A DNA stretch of 64,000 bases from Candidatus Latescibacterota bacterium (lineage in GTDB: Bacteria; Latescibacterota; UBA2968; UBA8231). Positions 19,939 through 29,491 of this stretch are shown here, piece after piece; positions within the stretch are counted from its first letter, which is position 1, and every line of letters starts with the position of its first letter. A program made the translations under genes and the position numbers. The stretch is taken from assembly GCA_965248265.1 (NCBI GenBank), contig CBDFJF010000001.1, positions 2,048,001 through 2,112,000 on the forward strand, read 5' to 3'. The notes beneath the pieces are model-generated. The model had not been told where the DNA came from. It did not search any database and saw only the letters and a program-made list of their open reading frames with translations.

Positions 19939-21590
19939 GCCCTGACCCTGACCTCGGCGATCTTGCCCTCCTCCATGGTCACTATGTAGTCGGCGATCTC
20001 CGTCAGTGCCTTGCGGTGGGCGACCATGATCGTCGTGCGCTCACGGCGTACCCGTTGCAGGGCTTGCAGAATTCGCGCTTGCGACTCCACATCAAGCGCG
20101 GAAGTCGGCTCGTCCAGGATGAGGATGGGATGGTCGAATAGGAATACCCGAGCCAGAGCCAGACGTTGCCTCTGGCCGTCCGACAGGCCGGCGCCGCCTT
20201 CGCCCACCAGCGTGTCGTAGCGGTCGGGCAGCGCGCAGATCTGGTCATGGATGCAGGCCACGCGGGTTGCCTCCACCATGTTGGCTTCGGTGACATCTCT
20301 CCCGAACAAGAGGTTGTCTCTAATTGTGCCCTGAAACAGCTGCGTGCCCTGCATGGCGAATCCGATCTGCCGTCGCACGGTGTGCAGTTGCTGTGCCCGT
20401 ATGTCGGCGCCATCGATCGATACCACGCCGGCGTCCGGGTCATAGAAGCGCGGAATCAGCTTGACCAGCGTGCTCTTGCCGGCGCCACTTCGACCGACGA
20501 GGGCTACCATGGCACCGGCCGGGATGGTCAGGTTGATTCGATCCAGTACGCGCTCCGTACCGTAGCTGAAACTGACATCGTGGAAGCATACGTGCCCCTC
20601 GATCCGGCCAAGCGCCGGCAACGAACGGTCATTGCGAATGGCGGGGAGGCGTTCGTAGATCTCGAAGAAGCGATCGGCATGCACCAGGGTGACCTGCAGA
20701 CGTGGCCACAACCCAATCAGGGCCTGCAAAGGCCCGTACAAATAGCCGACGTAGGCGGAGAACGCCATCAGCGTACCCAGCGAGAGATGACCATGCAGCA
20801 CCTGAGTCCAGCCGTACCATCCGTACGCCGCGGTTCCCACTGCCTTGATCACGACCCCCGCAAAGCCGATTGCCGAGCCTATGCAGCTGATGCGCACCCG
20901 CAACCTGGCTACCGAGGCGAAGCGCTCCCGCAGATTGAGGTAGAAGCTTTCTTCGAGGGAGAGCGCTTGAACCGTCCTCATACCCGCCAGGGACTCTATG
21001 GTCTTGGCCGACAGCTCGGCGCTGCCCTCCGCGATATGCCTGGCATACCGGCGCTGATAGCGCCCCGAGACGGCTACCAGCAGCGAATCGAAAGGCAGTA
21101 CCGCGATGCTGATCAGCGCCAGCCTCCAGTTGATATAGATGAGCACGGCGGGAAAAACGGCCAGCTGCAGCAGGTTGATGATCACACTTGAGATCAGCGC
21201 CACGGTGCCCGACACCGAGCTCTGCATGTCCTGGAAGCGCGCCATAATCTCTCCGGTTTCACTCTCGTCGTAAAAACGGAAGTCGAGGCTCTGCAGATGG
21301 CGATACAGACGGGACTGAAAGTCAAAACTCAAGCCGATGCCGATACGCTGCTGAAACAGCCCGGTCGCCGTATTGGTCACACCCAGCACCAGAGAGACGG
21401 CGGCTCCGAGAATCAGCAGGCAGTACAGCAACCCGAAGTCCTGGTGCGGGTAGACATCGTCGATCAACACCTTCGTCAGGTAGGGGCCGGGCAGACTTAT
21501 CACCGCGATCAGAATGGCCGCCAGCAAGGCCTGTAACAGCTGCATCCAATAGGGTCGCAGCAGCGCGAGAATTTTACACACCGACTTCAT
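19935..21590 (-). CDS. ABC exporter, fused permease/ATPase (no C39 peptidase domain)
   Basis: N-terminal TM domain, Walker A GRSGAGKST, signature LSDGQRQR, ILILDEPTSALD. Confidence 0.93.
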   Translation of the reverse strand: MKSVCKILALLRPYWMQLLQALLAAILIAVISLPGPYLTKVLIDDVYPHQDFGLLYCLLILGAAVSLVLGVTNTATGLFQQRIGIGLSFDFQSRLYRHLQSLDFRFYDESETGEIMARFQDMQSSVSGTVALISSVIINLLQLAVFPAVLIYINWRLALISIAVLPFDSLLVAVSGRYQRRYARHIAEGSAELSAKTIESLAGMRTVQALSLEESFYLNLRERFASVARLRVRISCIGSAIGFAGVVIKAVGTAAYGWYGWTQVLHGHLSLGTLMAFSAYVGYLYGPLQALIGLWPRLQVTLVHADRFFEIYERLPAIRNDRSLPALGRIEGHVCFHDVSFSYGTERVLDRINLTIPAGAMVALVGRSGAGKSTLVKLIPRFYDPDAGVVSIDGADIRAQQLHTVRRQIGFAMQGTQLFQGTIRDNLLFGRDVTEANMVEATRVACIHDQICALPDRYDTLVGEGGAGLSDGQRQRLALARVFLFDHPILILDEPTSALDVESQARILQALQRVRRERTTIMVAHRKALTEIADYIVTMEEGKIAEVRVRA

Positions 21591-22753
21591 GCGCTTTTGA
21601 CTCGAAAGCGTATGGCCTCAGTGTCGACCCTCCCCAGCCCTCGCGACGCCGCCCGCCACAGCAATTCGAGAATGCGCCCGCGATCGACGATGATGCGCAC
21701 CGTCGCAGTCATGCCCGCGAAGAATTCATGCGACCGGTCGAAATCATTGATGGTCGTCTGGCGCAGCGCAACTCGAACAGGATAGCCCGCCGGCGTCGGT
21801 TGTACGCCGATGCGGGCGACCTGTCCGTGCAGTATCTCGTATTCCATGTGCGGAAAACCACTTACCTCGATCCGTGCGCTCTGACCGAGTCGTACCCGCG
21901 GGATATCGGTCTCAGCGATGTCCGTCTCAACGACCCAGGACTTAGCCTCGGCCACCTCCACGACGGTTTCCCCCGCTTCGACCCGATCGCCCTGACGCTC
22001 TTCCAGTTTTGCCGTCAGCACCACGCCGTCCAGTGGCGAGAGCAGAAGAGTCTGCTCGATCTTGCGCATGAGACGCTGCCGCTCCTCTTCCCATTTCTCC
22101 AGCTCCCTACCCAGTTCCTCCGGCTCGCGTTCGCGACCCTCATGTGCCGACTGGCGCGTTGCAGCCAGTTTCCAGAGTGCCACTTTGTGCTCGAGCACTC
22201 CCTGCACCCGCTGCACGGGAATCAGATCGTCGACAGGGTTGCGGCGCCACCCAAGTAGGTTGCCGGATACTTCGTCGGCTGCCGAATGCTCCAGGCGCAC
22301 TCTCCTCACTTCGAGAGCCGCCCGCTTGACCTCGATTTGCGCCACCGTCAGTTCTTCACTGGCAATGCGGCGATCACTGTGCAGTCGAGCGCGCAGACGG
22401 TACAGCCGGCTGTTCATGATTGCAATCTCGTCGTCAACCCTTTCCAGCTGGCTTTTCCACTCCCGGTCATCCAGCGATACCAATCGATCGCCGGCGCGCA
22501 CCAGGGCGCCAGAGGGTACATGGACCTCGCTGACGATGCCGGCCACCACCGACTTGACCTTGTGGCGTACGGCGGGCGCCAACACCCCTTCGCCTTTGAC
22601 GCTTATGTCCATATGGAAAAGCCAGGCCAGGATCGCGGCGGACCCGGCGAATACTATGAAGGCACCCAGCAGGATCCACAGGAACGAGCGCGTCAGGGCG
22701 AAGCCGGTATCCGCGAACAGGTCATTGCCGTCATGTTGATCGGGTGTACTCAA
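21587..22753 (-). CDS. HlyD-family membrane fusion protein
   Basis: Single TM, lipoyl-like halves (GIVSEVHV..G..V.AGD.L; SPLDGVV), coiled coil, AGMTATVRI; start TTG 22753 uncertain (ORF open to 22849). Confidence 0.88.
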   Translation of the reverse strand: MSTPDQHDGNDLFADTGFALTRSFLWILLGAFIVFAGSAAILAWLFHMDISVKGEGVLAPAVRHKVKSVVAGIVSEVHVPSGALVRAGDRLVSLDDREWKSQLERVDDEIAIMNSRLYRLRARLHSDRRIASEELTVAQIEVKRAALEVRRVRLEHSAADEVSGNLLGWRRNPVDDLIPVQRVQGVLEHKVALWKLAATRQSAHEGREREPEELGRELEKWEEERQRLMRKIEQTLLLSPLDGVVLTAKLEERQGDRVEAGETVVEVAEAKSWVVETDIAETDIPRVRLGQSARIEVSGFPHMEYEILHGQVARIGVQPTPAGYPVRVALRQTTINDFDRSHEFFAGMTATVRIIVDRGRILELLWRAASRGLGRVDTEAIRFRVKSA

Positions 22754-22923
22754 AGAACTCTCACCGGTGGCTGGAATCGTCCACGGTTCCGATATGTGTA
22801 ACAAACCATGGACGTGGAGGTGGCCTCTTGCAGAGGTAACTCGGGGCAAATGGTGTGCCCGCGTACTACAGTGCCCTCGATCCGGTCGAGAAAACTGGCA
22901 TGAGCGAGAGGCTCACCGGCCAT
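22750..22923 (-). CDS. Possible 57-aa small ORF upstream of hlyD
   Basis: ATG 22923 after purine-rich AAGGGGGCAAGG; its TGA overlaps the proposed hlyD TTG; no recognisable family. Confidence 0.25.
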   Translation of the reverse strand: MAGEPLAHASFLDRIEGTVVRGHTICPELPLQEATSTSMVCYTYRNRGRFQPPVRVL

Positions 22924-23011
22924 CAGACCTTGCCCCCTTCGTTACCTGTTGGATACACGAGTGTGTGCACGACTACATGCCCCGGGCATGCAAAATCCTT
23001 ATGTTCAGGAC

Positions 23012-23419
23012 ATGCCCGATCCCGTGATCATCTACGACGGCGAGTGCCGTTTCTGTCAGTGGAGTGTGCGCCGTATCCGCAAGCTCGACCGGCGCCAGCA
23101 GTTCGAGTACGCCCCGCGCCAGACCGAGGGGATCGACGCACGGTTTCCGGTACTAACAGAGTCCGATTTCAACACCGGTCTTCGTCTGATCGACGGTGAG
23201 GCCGTGCACGTAGGTGCTGATGCCATCTACCAGATCTACCGCCACATCCCGCCCTACAGTTTGATTGCGTGGCTGTATCGCATTCCGCCGTTTACCCAGC
23301 TGGCTCGTCTCGGCTACGGCATCATAGCCCGCAACCGCCACCGCTTCGGTCGCGTTGAGTGCGACACCGACGTCTGCGCCGTCCCGGCGGTGACTGAACC
23401 TGCCCCTTCTGAGGTTTAG
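23012..23419 (+). CDS. DCC1-like thiol-disulfide oxidoreductase (DUF393)
   Basis: IYDGECRFC motif, YGIIARNRHRFG. Confidence 0.88.
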   Translation: MPDPVIIYDGECRFCQWSVRRIRKLDRRQQFEYAPRQTEGIDARFPVLTESDFNTGLRLIDGEAVHVGADAIYQIYRHIPPYSLIAWLYRIPPFTQLARLGYGIIARNRHRFGRVECDTDVCAVPAVTEPAPSEV

Positions 23420-23589
23420 AACTGCCGAGTTGTCAGGTACTTGAACCACCGGTGTGTACCCAACCTCACAAACGCCCCAGAATGACCATGGCTTCCTGTG
23501 TGTGACTGAGCGGTACGGCTTTTGCCCTCTGTGACTCGGCAACTTGGAACTGCACGAGACACGCGGTATATTGGGAGGGATCAGCAAAA

Positions 23590-23904
23590 ATGGCCGAATC
23601 CACCGAACAAACCCCACACCAGTAGCCAGAAGAAATGTACTGGGCCCTGACCCTTCGGACAGATCTTCAGGACATCCGCAATGAGATCCGCGGTTTGCAC
23701 ACACGCATCGACAATAGCAGTGCTGCTGCCAACGCTCGCATTGACGACATGGGTGCTTCGATGAACGCTCGTTTTGACGAGGCAGCAGCGACTACCAACG
23801 CGCGATTCGAGGCCTTGTCTCTCCGTCTGGATTCCCAGTTCCGCTGGATGATTATGGCGATGATCGGGATGACAGGGTTACTCGCCGCGCTCATCAAACT
23901 GTAG
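23590..23904 (+). pseudogene. Small coiled-coil protein with C-terminal TM (DUF1640/CCDC90-like); in-frame TAG at codon 12
   Basis: RBS GGAGG then ATG 23590, in frame with the 23635 ORF but interrupted by TAG 23623-23625; repeated NAR(I/F)D heptads and a hydrophobic tail. Confidence 0.5.
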
Positions 23905-23950
23905 TCCGGCAGCGCTCAGCCCAGAGCGCACCGAGCAATCTGGCCAACCG

Positions 23951-24766
23951 ATGGCTACCCTTCCTTTCTTGCGCACGCGCGAAAACCGGCTACGACTGCT
24001 CGCCGTCCTCACCGTCGCCTTTCTCTCTCTTATCCTTTTCAGAGAGCCGATTCCACAGGATTCGGCCTATCACGATTTCGCCGACCAGCGCGTGCTCGCT
24101 AGCCTGCCGCATGCGCTTAACGTGGTTTCTAACCTGCCGTTGGCGCTTGTCGGCATCTATGGTTTGCTCGTCATCGGCCGACTGGTTCGGCGAGCGGACT
24201 CGACCTCGTTCGCGACAAACTCGGAGTCGATCCCTTACATCCTTCTGTTCCTCGCTCTGTCGTTAACGGGCCTGGGCTCTTCCTACTACCACCTGGCTCC
24301 TGACACACCCCGCTTGTTCTGGGATCGTCTGCCGATGAGCGTCGCCTTCATGGCCTATCTTGGCGCCGCCATCACCGAGCGCATCGACCGCCGCACCGGA
24401 CTCGTGTCTCTGATCCCCCTGGTGGCCTCTGGCATCCTCAGCGTCCTTTACTGGCGCGCCACCGAACTCGCCGGTGCCGGCGACCTGCGCTTTTATATCC
24501 TTGTCCAGGGGTATCCGACGTTGTTCGTGCTGCTGATGGTGCTGTTGCTGCCCTCATCCTATACCCGCGGCCGCATGCTCATCACCGTCACCGCCCTCTA
24601 TATGCTCACCCGTCTCGTCGAAATCTGCGATGCTGCCATATACCACCTCGGTCATCTTGTCAGCGGCCACACCCTCAAACACCTGCTCACCGCCGTCGCC
24701 GTATGGTGGATCATCCGCATGCTGCAGCTGCGGAAAATACACCCGCCCACCTCCTCATCTGGCTGA
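23951..24766 (+). CDS. Ceramidase-like (CREST superfamily) membrane protein
   Basis: YHDFADQR, NVVSNLP, GSSYYHLAP, LFWDRLPM, SGHTLKHL; multiple TM segments. Confidence 0.85.
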   Translation: MATLPFLRTRENRLRLLAVLTVAFLSLILFREPIPQDSAYHDFADQRVLASLPHALNVVSNLPLALVGIYGLLVIGRLVRRADSTSFATNSESIPYILLFLALSLTGLGSSYYHLAPDTPRLFWDRLPMSVAFMAYLGAAITERIDRRTGLVSLIPLVASGILSVLYWRATELAGAGDLRFYILVQGYPTLFVLLMVLLLPSSYTRGRMLITVTALYMLTRLVEICDAAIYHLGHLVSGHTLKHLLTAVAVWWIIRMLQLRKIHPPTSSSG

Positions 24767-24948
24767 ATCTATCGCATATTGCGTCACCCCAGGCCCTGCG
24801 ATATACTAACGGTAACCTTTACGCAAAGGTCACTGTTCCAACACCTTACAGGACCAGGTCCGGTCCCTCGTTACCGGGGAAAATGATCATGCATCACCCA
24901 GTCAAAGTTCACGAGCACCACGTAGAGTCAGCCGTGTTTGGATATCCC

Positions 24949-25040
24949 TTAGAGAAACGCGCAGGCGTTTCTCGGTGTGCCGCTGAGAGCCAACACTAAT
25001 GCCTGATCAACCTATCAGCGGCACCCCTATCAGCGGCACC
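24949..25040. repeat. Dispersed palindromic repeat, copy A (with 15-bp tandem duplication)
   Basis: TTAGAGAAACGC-GCAGGCGTTTCTCGGTGTGCCGCTGAG...CCTATCAGCGGCACC x2; homologous to 30537-30691. Confidence 0.8.
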
Positions 25041-25041
25041 G

Positions 25042-26433
25042 ATGTCTGAATCACCTACCAGCAGCTACGACGCCATCGTCATAGGTACCGGACAAGCCGG
25101 CCCGTCACTGGCTGACCGCTTCGACGACGAAGGGCTCAAGGTAGCCGTCATTGAGCGCAAGCTATTCGGCGGCACCTGCGTCAACGTCGGTTGCGTCCCG
25201 ACCAAGACCCTCGTCGCCAGCGCCCGCGCCGCCCACATGGCACGACGGGCAGCCGATTTCGGCGTCGTCCTCGATGCCCCCGTGCGCGTCGACATGGAGC
25301 AGGTGAAGGCGCGCAAGGATGCCATCGTCGCCCGCTCCAACTCCGGTCTCAGTGGCTGGATGCACGGCCTCGACAACGGCACCGTTTTCGAGGGCCATGG
25401 ACGCTTCGAGGGGCCAAACCTGGTGCGGGTCGGTGATGAGCTGCTCCAGGCCGACAAGATCTTCCTAAACGTCGGCGCCCGCGCCGTCGTACCACCGATC
25501 CCCGGGGTGGATCAGGTTGACTATTTCACCAACTCCACCATCATGGACGTCGACTTTCTGCCAGAGCATCTGGTCATCATCGGCGGCAGCTACATCGCGC
25601 TCGAATTCGCGCAGATGTACCGCCGCTTCGGCAGCCAGGTTTCCGTCATCGAACGGGGCCCGATGCTATTGGCCCGGGAAGACGAAGACATTTCCATCGC
25701 CATCCGCGACATCCTCGAGAAGGAAGGCATTGCCATATACTGCGGCTCTTCCGCTGACTCGATCAGCAAGACTGAGGATGGCCTGGCCGTCGACTTGACC
25801 ACCCCGTCCGGACCGGAGACGGTCTCAGGGTCACACCTGCTGATGGCCGTCGGCCGGCGTCCCAACACGGACGATCTGGGAGCCGAGGCAGCCGGGCTCC
25901 AGCTTGATGAGCACGGCTTCATCACCGTGGATGACCAACTGCGTACTAACGTGCCCGGTATCTGGGCTATCGGCGACTGCAACGGGCTGGCCGCCTTCAC
26001 CCATACCTCGTACAATGAGTTCGAAATCGTCGCCGCCAATCTTTTCGATGACGACCCACGACGGGTCAGCGACCGCATCCCCTGTTACGGCTTGTTCATC
26101 GACCCCCCGTTGGGACGCGTCGGCATGACCGAGACCCAGGTGCGAAACTCGGGGCGCAAAGTCCTCGTCGGCCGGCGTGACATGGCGGATGTGGGACGCG
26201 CCAAGGAGCGCGGTGAGACCGACGGCTTCATCAAGATTCACGTCGATGCAGAGGATGGTCAGATTCTGGGCGCCGCCATCCTCGGCATAAGCGGCGACGA
26301 GGTCGTCCATCAACTACTGGACATCATGTACGCCAGGGCCCCTTACACAGTGATACAGCGAGCGGTGCACATACATCCCACAGTCTCGGAACTGATTCCC
26401 ACCGTGCTGGGTGATCTCAAACCCATGGACTGA
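25042..26433 (+). CDS. FAD-dependent pyridine nucleotide-disulfide oxidoreductase (class I)
   Basis: IGTGQAG, redox disulfide GGTCVNVGCVPTK, IIGGSYIALE, HIHPTVSE. Confidence 0.92.
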   Translation: MSESPTSSYDAIVIGTGQAGPSLADRFDDEGLKVAVIERKLFGGTCVNVGCVPTKTLVASARAAHMARRAADFGVVLDAPVRVDMEQVKARKDAIVARSNSGLSGWMHGLDNGTVFEGHGRFEGPNLVRVGDELLQADKIFLNVGARAVVPPIPGVDQVDYFTNSTIMDVDFLPEHLVIIGGSYIALEFAQMYRRFGSQVSVIERGPMLLAREDEDISIAIRDILEKEGIAIYCGSSADSISKTEDGLAVDLTTPSGPETVSGSHLLMAVGRRPNTDDLGAEAAGLQLDEHGFITVDDQLRTNVPGIWAIGDCNGLAAFTHTSYNEFEIVAANLFDDDPRRVSDRIPCYGLFIDPPLGRVGMTETQVRNSGRKVLVGRRDMADVGRAKERGETDGFIKIHVDAEDGQILGAAILGISGDEVVHQLLDIMYARAPYTVIQRAVHIHPTVSELIPTVLGDLKPMD

Positions 26434-26449
26434 GCGTGGAAACACAGCC

Positions 26450-27157
26450 ATGAACATGAGCGTAACCGACGAGAAGATGTGGCATCTGCATCATTGCCCG
26501 TTGTTCGCCGGCGTCAGCATGAAAGAGATGAAACACCTGGCGGCTATTACCGTCATGTTCAAGCTGGAGCCGCAGGAGCGAATCGTCTACGACTCCGAGC
26601 ACGCCAACGCCATCTGGATGATCAAGGAGGGTCTGTTGACCTTGACTTACGGCGACGCCGAAGGCAAGGACGCCACCGTGATGCTGTTGAGCGCCGGAGA
26701 TCTCTTCGGGGCCATAGGCGAGCAGCAAGATCTGGACTACAGCCAGAACGTCGTGGCCCTCAAGCCGACCGTCCTCTGCCGCATGACCCAACAACAGATG
26801 GAGGCGCTGCTGCACAAGTACCCGGAGATGGGCTACCGCCTCACCAAATTCTCCTGGCGCCGCATCGCGCGGCTGCAACAGCGCCTTGCCGAAATCATGA
26901 CCAAGTCGGTCAAGGTCCGCCTGGCAACCCTGCTGCTGAACCTGTCGGACGAATTTGGGGAGGCGAACGCCGACGGCACGCGCTCGGTCGGCCTCACCGT
27001 CACTCACGACGATCTCGCTCGCCTGGTGGGATCCAGTCGCGAAATGGTCAGCAAGGTCATGGGCAGTTTCCGCGACAATGGTTGGATTCGTTCGTCCCGG
27101 AAGCGGATTGACCTGCTCCAGGTGGATGTGTTGTCGAACACGGTAGCGGCCGGGTGA
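26450..27157 (+). CDS. Crp/Fnr family transcriptional regulator
   Basis: cNMP-like domain (GDLFG) and HTH THDDLARLVGSSREMVSK. Confidence 0.9.
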   Translation: MNMSVTDEKMWHLHHCPLFAGVSMKEMKHLAAITVMFKLEPQERIVYDSEHANAIWMIKEGLLTLTYGDAEGKDATVMLLSAGDLFGAIGEQQDLDYSQNVVALKPTVLCRMTQQQMEALLHKYPEMGYRLTKFSWRRIARLQQRLAEIMTKSVKVRLATLLLNLSDEFGEANADGTRSVGLTVTHDDLARLVGSSREMVSKVMGSFRDNGWIRSSRKRIDLLQVDVLSNTVAAG

Positions 27158-27207
27158 TCGGCGAACCATCCCAGCCCGATCCTCGCTGAAGATGAGCCTG
27201 TTGCCCT

Positions 27208-27960
27208 TTGCTTGAACTCTCCGGTGTATCCAAATCCTTCGGCGACACCGTCGCCCTGACACCAACCGACCTGACCATTGACGAGGGCTCAACCACCGTT
27301 CTGATCGGTCCAAGTGGCTGCGGCAAGTCCACCCTGTTGCGATTGATGATCTACCTGATCGAGCCCGATTCCGGGTCGGTCCGGTTCGAGAATACACAGT
27401 TCACACAGCAAGGGGCCCTGTCGCTGCGTCACCGCATGGGTTACGTCATCCAGGACGGCGGTCTGTTCCCGCACCTAAGTGCGCGCGACAATATCGCCCT
27501 GCTGGCCCGGCATCTGGGGAGGAGGGAAGAGCAGGTCGAACAACGGCTCTTCGAGCTCATCGACCTCACGCATTTTCCCCCGGAAGGCCTCGATCGCTTT
27601 CCAGTCCAGCTTTCAGGCGGTCAGCGCCAACGCGTCAGCCTAATGCGGGCGTTGATGTTGGACCCCCACATCCTGCTGTTGGATGAACCGCTGGGAGCAC
27701 TCGACCCGATCGTGCGCTCGGAGCTGCAGCACGAACTGCGCGAGATCTTCCGCGCCGTCAACAAGACCGTGGTCATGGTCACCCACGACATCGGCGAGGC
27801 CGGTTTCTTCGGGAACCTCATCGTCCTCATGCGCGAGGGCGCCATCGTCCAGCGTGGGTCCCTGCGCGATCTCGTCGACAACCCTGGTGATCCCTTTGTG
27901 ACCCGATTCATCAACGCCCAGCGCACCGCCATTCAGGTACTCGGGGGAGGCGAATCGTGA
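27208..27960 (+). CDS. ABC importer ATP-binding subunit (OpuA/ProV-like)
   Basis: GPSGCGKST, GYVIQDGGLFPH, LSGGQRQR, LLLDEP. Confidence 0.93.
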   Translation: MLELSGVSKSFGDTVALTPTDLTIDEGSTTVLIGPSGCGKSTLLRLMIYLIEPDSGSVRFENTQFTQQGALSLRHRMGYVIQDGGLFPHLSARDNIALLARHLGRREEQVEQRLFELIDLTHFPPEGLDRFPVQLSGGQRQRVSLMRALMLDPHILLLDEPLGALDPIVRSELQHELREIFRAVNKTVVMVTHDIGEAGFFGNLIVLMREGAIVQRGSLRDLVDNPGDPFVTRFINAQRTAIQVLGGGES

Positions 27961-29480
27961 TCACTCCGCTTGCCGCCACTCTCTGCGTGCTCTGGGTATT
28001 CCCGTCCGTCGCAGGAGGCGACGCCGACGCGCCAGCGGGCACGGATGTGCGACCGGTGAGAGTTGGCTCGAAAGCCTTCACTGAGAACGTCATCTTGGGC
28101 GAACTTGTCACCCGCCTGGGTGCTGACGCCGGTGCCGTCACCGAACACAAGCGCGAACTCGGCGGCACCCGCGTGCTGTGGAATGCCCTGCTGCGTGGCG
28201 ATCTCGATGTATATCCGGAATACACCGGCACCATCAGTCAAGAGATTCTCGCTGGTCAGAATGTCGAGGGAGAGACAGCGATCAGAGCGGCTGTCGCCGA
28301 GCACGGCCTGCGCATGAGCGCGCCGCTTGGCTTCAACAACACCTATGCGATCGGCATGCGGGAGCAGGTGGCAGACGAGCTGGGCATCCGCACCATCTCG
28401 GATCTGACTGCACACCCTGAGCTCGTGCTCGGATTCAGCAACGAGTTCATGGACCGCGGCGACGGCTGGCCCAGTCTGCGTGACCGCTACCGGCTGACCC
28501 AGACCGATGTGCGCGGCCTGCAACACGATCTCGCCTACCGCGGCCTCGAATCGGGCGCCATTCACGCAATGGATCTGTACTCTACCGATGCGGAGATCGA
28601 GTACTACGGCTTGCGGGTGCTCGAAGACGATCTGGCTCACTTTCCCGTCTACAACGCCGTTCTTCTCTACCGGATCGACCTCGATGCGCGACAACCCGCC
28701 GTCGTCAAAGCCATACTCCAGCTCGAAAAGCTCATCGATGACAAAACCATGGCGGGCCTCAACGCCCGCGCCAAGCTGGATGGTGTGGCCGAAGCGCAGA
28801 TCGCCGTCGATTTTCTCGCCACGCACCTGCAGATTGAGACCTATTTCGAGAACGTCACCTTCATCGACCGCCTCAGTTTGCGCACTCGCGAACATGCCAC
28901 GCTGGTGTTGATCTCGTTATGCGCAGCCATCTTGATTGCCGTACCGTTAGGTGTGCTTTCCGCCCGGCTGCCGCGACTTGGCCAGGTCATACTCGGAGCC
29001 ACAGGTATCGTGCAGACGATTCCGGCCCTGGCCCTGCTGGTGTTCATGATTCCCGCACTCGGTCTGGGCACACCGCCCGCGATTGCCGCACTCTTCCTCT
29101 ACAGCCTGCTGCCGATCGTCCGCAACACCTACACCGGACTGCACAGCATACCGTTGGAGATCCGAGAATCGGCCGAAGCCCTTGGCCTGCCATCGCGCGT
29201 GCGCCTGCGCCGGGTAGAGATGCCGATGGCGTCCCAGTCTATCCTCGCCGGGATCAAGACCTCCGCCGTCCTCACCGTGGGCTTTGCCACCCTCGCCGCC
29301 TTCATCGGGGCCGGCGGTTACGGCCAGCCGATCATGACCGGAATACGGCTGGATGACACCGCGCTGATTCTTGAAGGCGCCGTCCCGGCCGCGCTCCTGG
29401 CGCTGATCGTGCAGGGTCTGTTCGAACTGTCCGAACGCCTGTTTGTGCCCAGAGGACTGCGGCTCAAACCGGTCGAATAG
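27957..29480 (+). CDS. Fused substrate-binding/permease subunit, betaine-type ABC importer (OpuBC/EgtU-like)
   Basis: VGSKAFTEN, YPEYTGT, GFNNTYAI, FPVYNAV; permease QTIPALAL, EAA loop ESAEALGL, IGAGGYG. Confidence 0.9.
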   Translation: MITPLAATLCVLWVFPSVAGGDADAPAGTDVRPVRVGSKAFTENVILGELVTRLGADAGAVTEHKRELGGTRVLWNALLRGDLDVYPEYTGTISQEILAGQNVEGETAIRAAVAEHGLRMSAPLGFNNTYAIGMREQVADELGIRTISDLTAHPELVLGFSNEFMDRGDGWPSLRDRYRLTQTDVRGLQHDLAYRGLESGAIHAMDLYSTDAEIEYYGLRVLEDDLAHFPVYNAVLLYRIDLDARQPAVVKAILQLEKLIDDKTMAGLNARAKLDGVAEAQIAVDFLATHLQIETYFENVTFIDRLSLRTREHATLVLISLCAAILIAVPLGVLSARLPRLGQVILGATGIVQTIPALALLVFMIPALGLGTPPAIAALFLYSLLPIVRNTYTGLHSIPLEIRESAEALGLPSRVRLRRVEMPMASQSILAGIKTSAVLTVGFATLAAFIGAGGYGQPIMTGIRLDDTALILEGAVPAALLALIVQGLFELSERLFVPRGLRLKPVE

Positions 29481-29491
29481 AAAGGACCATC

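Noticed and set aside
23423-23541. 8-bp inverted repeat TGCCGAGT...ACTCGGCA as MITE ends
   Set aside because: Too short, single copy, and no target duplication seen
25042-26433. Mercuric reductase merA
   Set aside because: Lacks the C-terminal Cys-Cys pair and the N-terminal HMA domain; no mer genes adjacent
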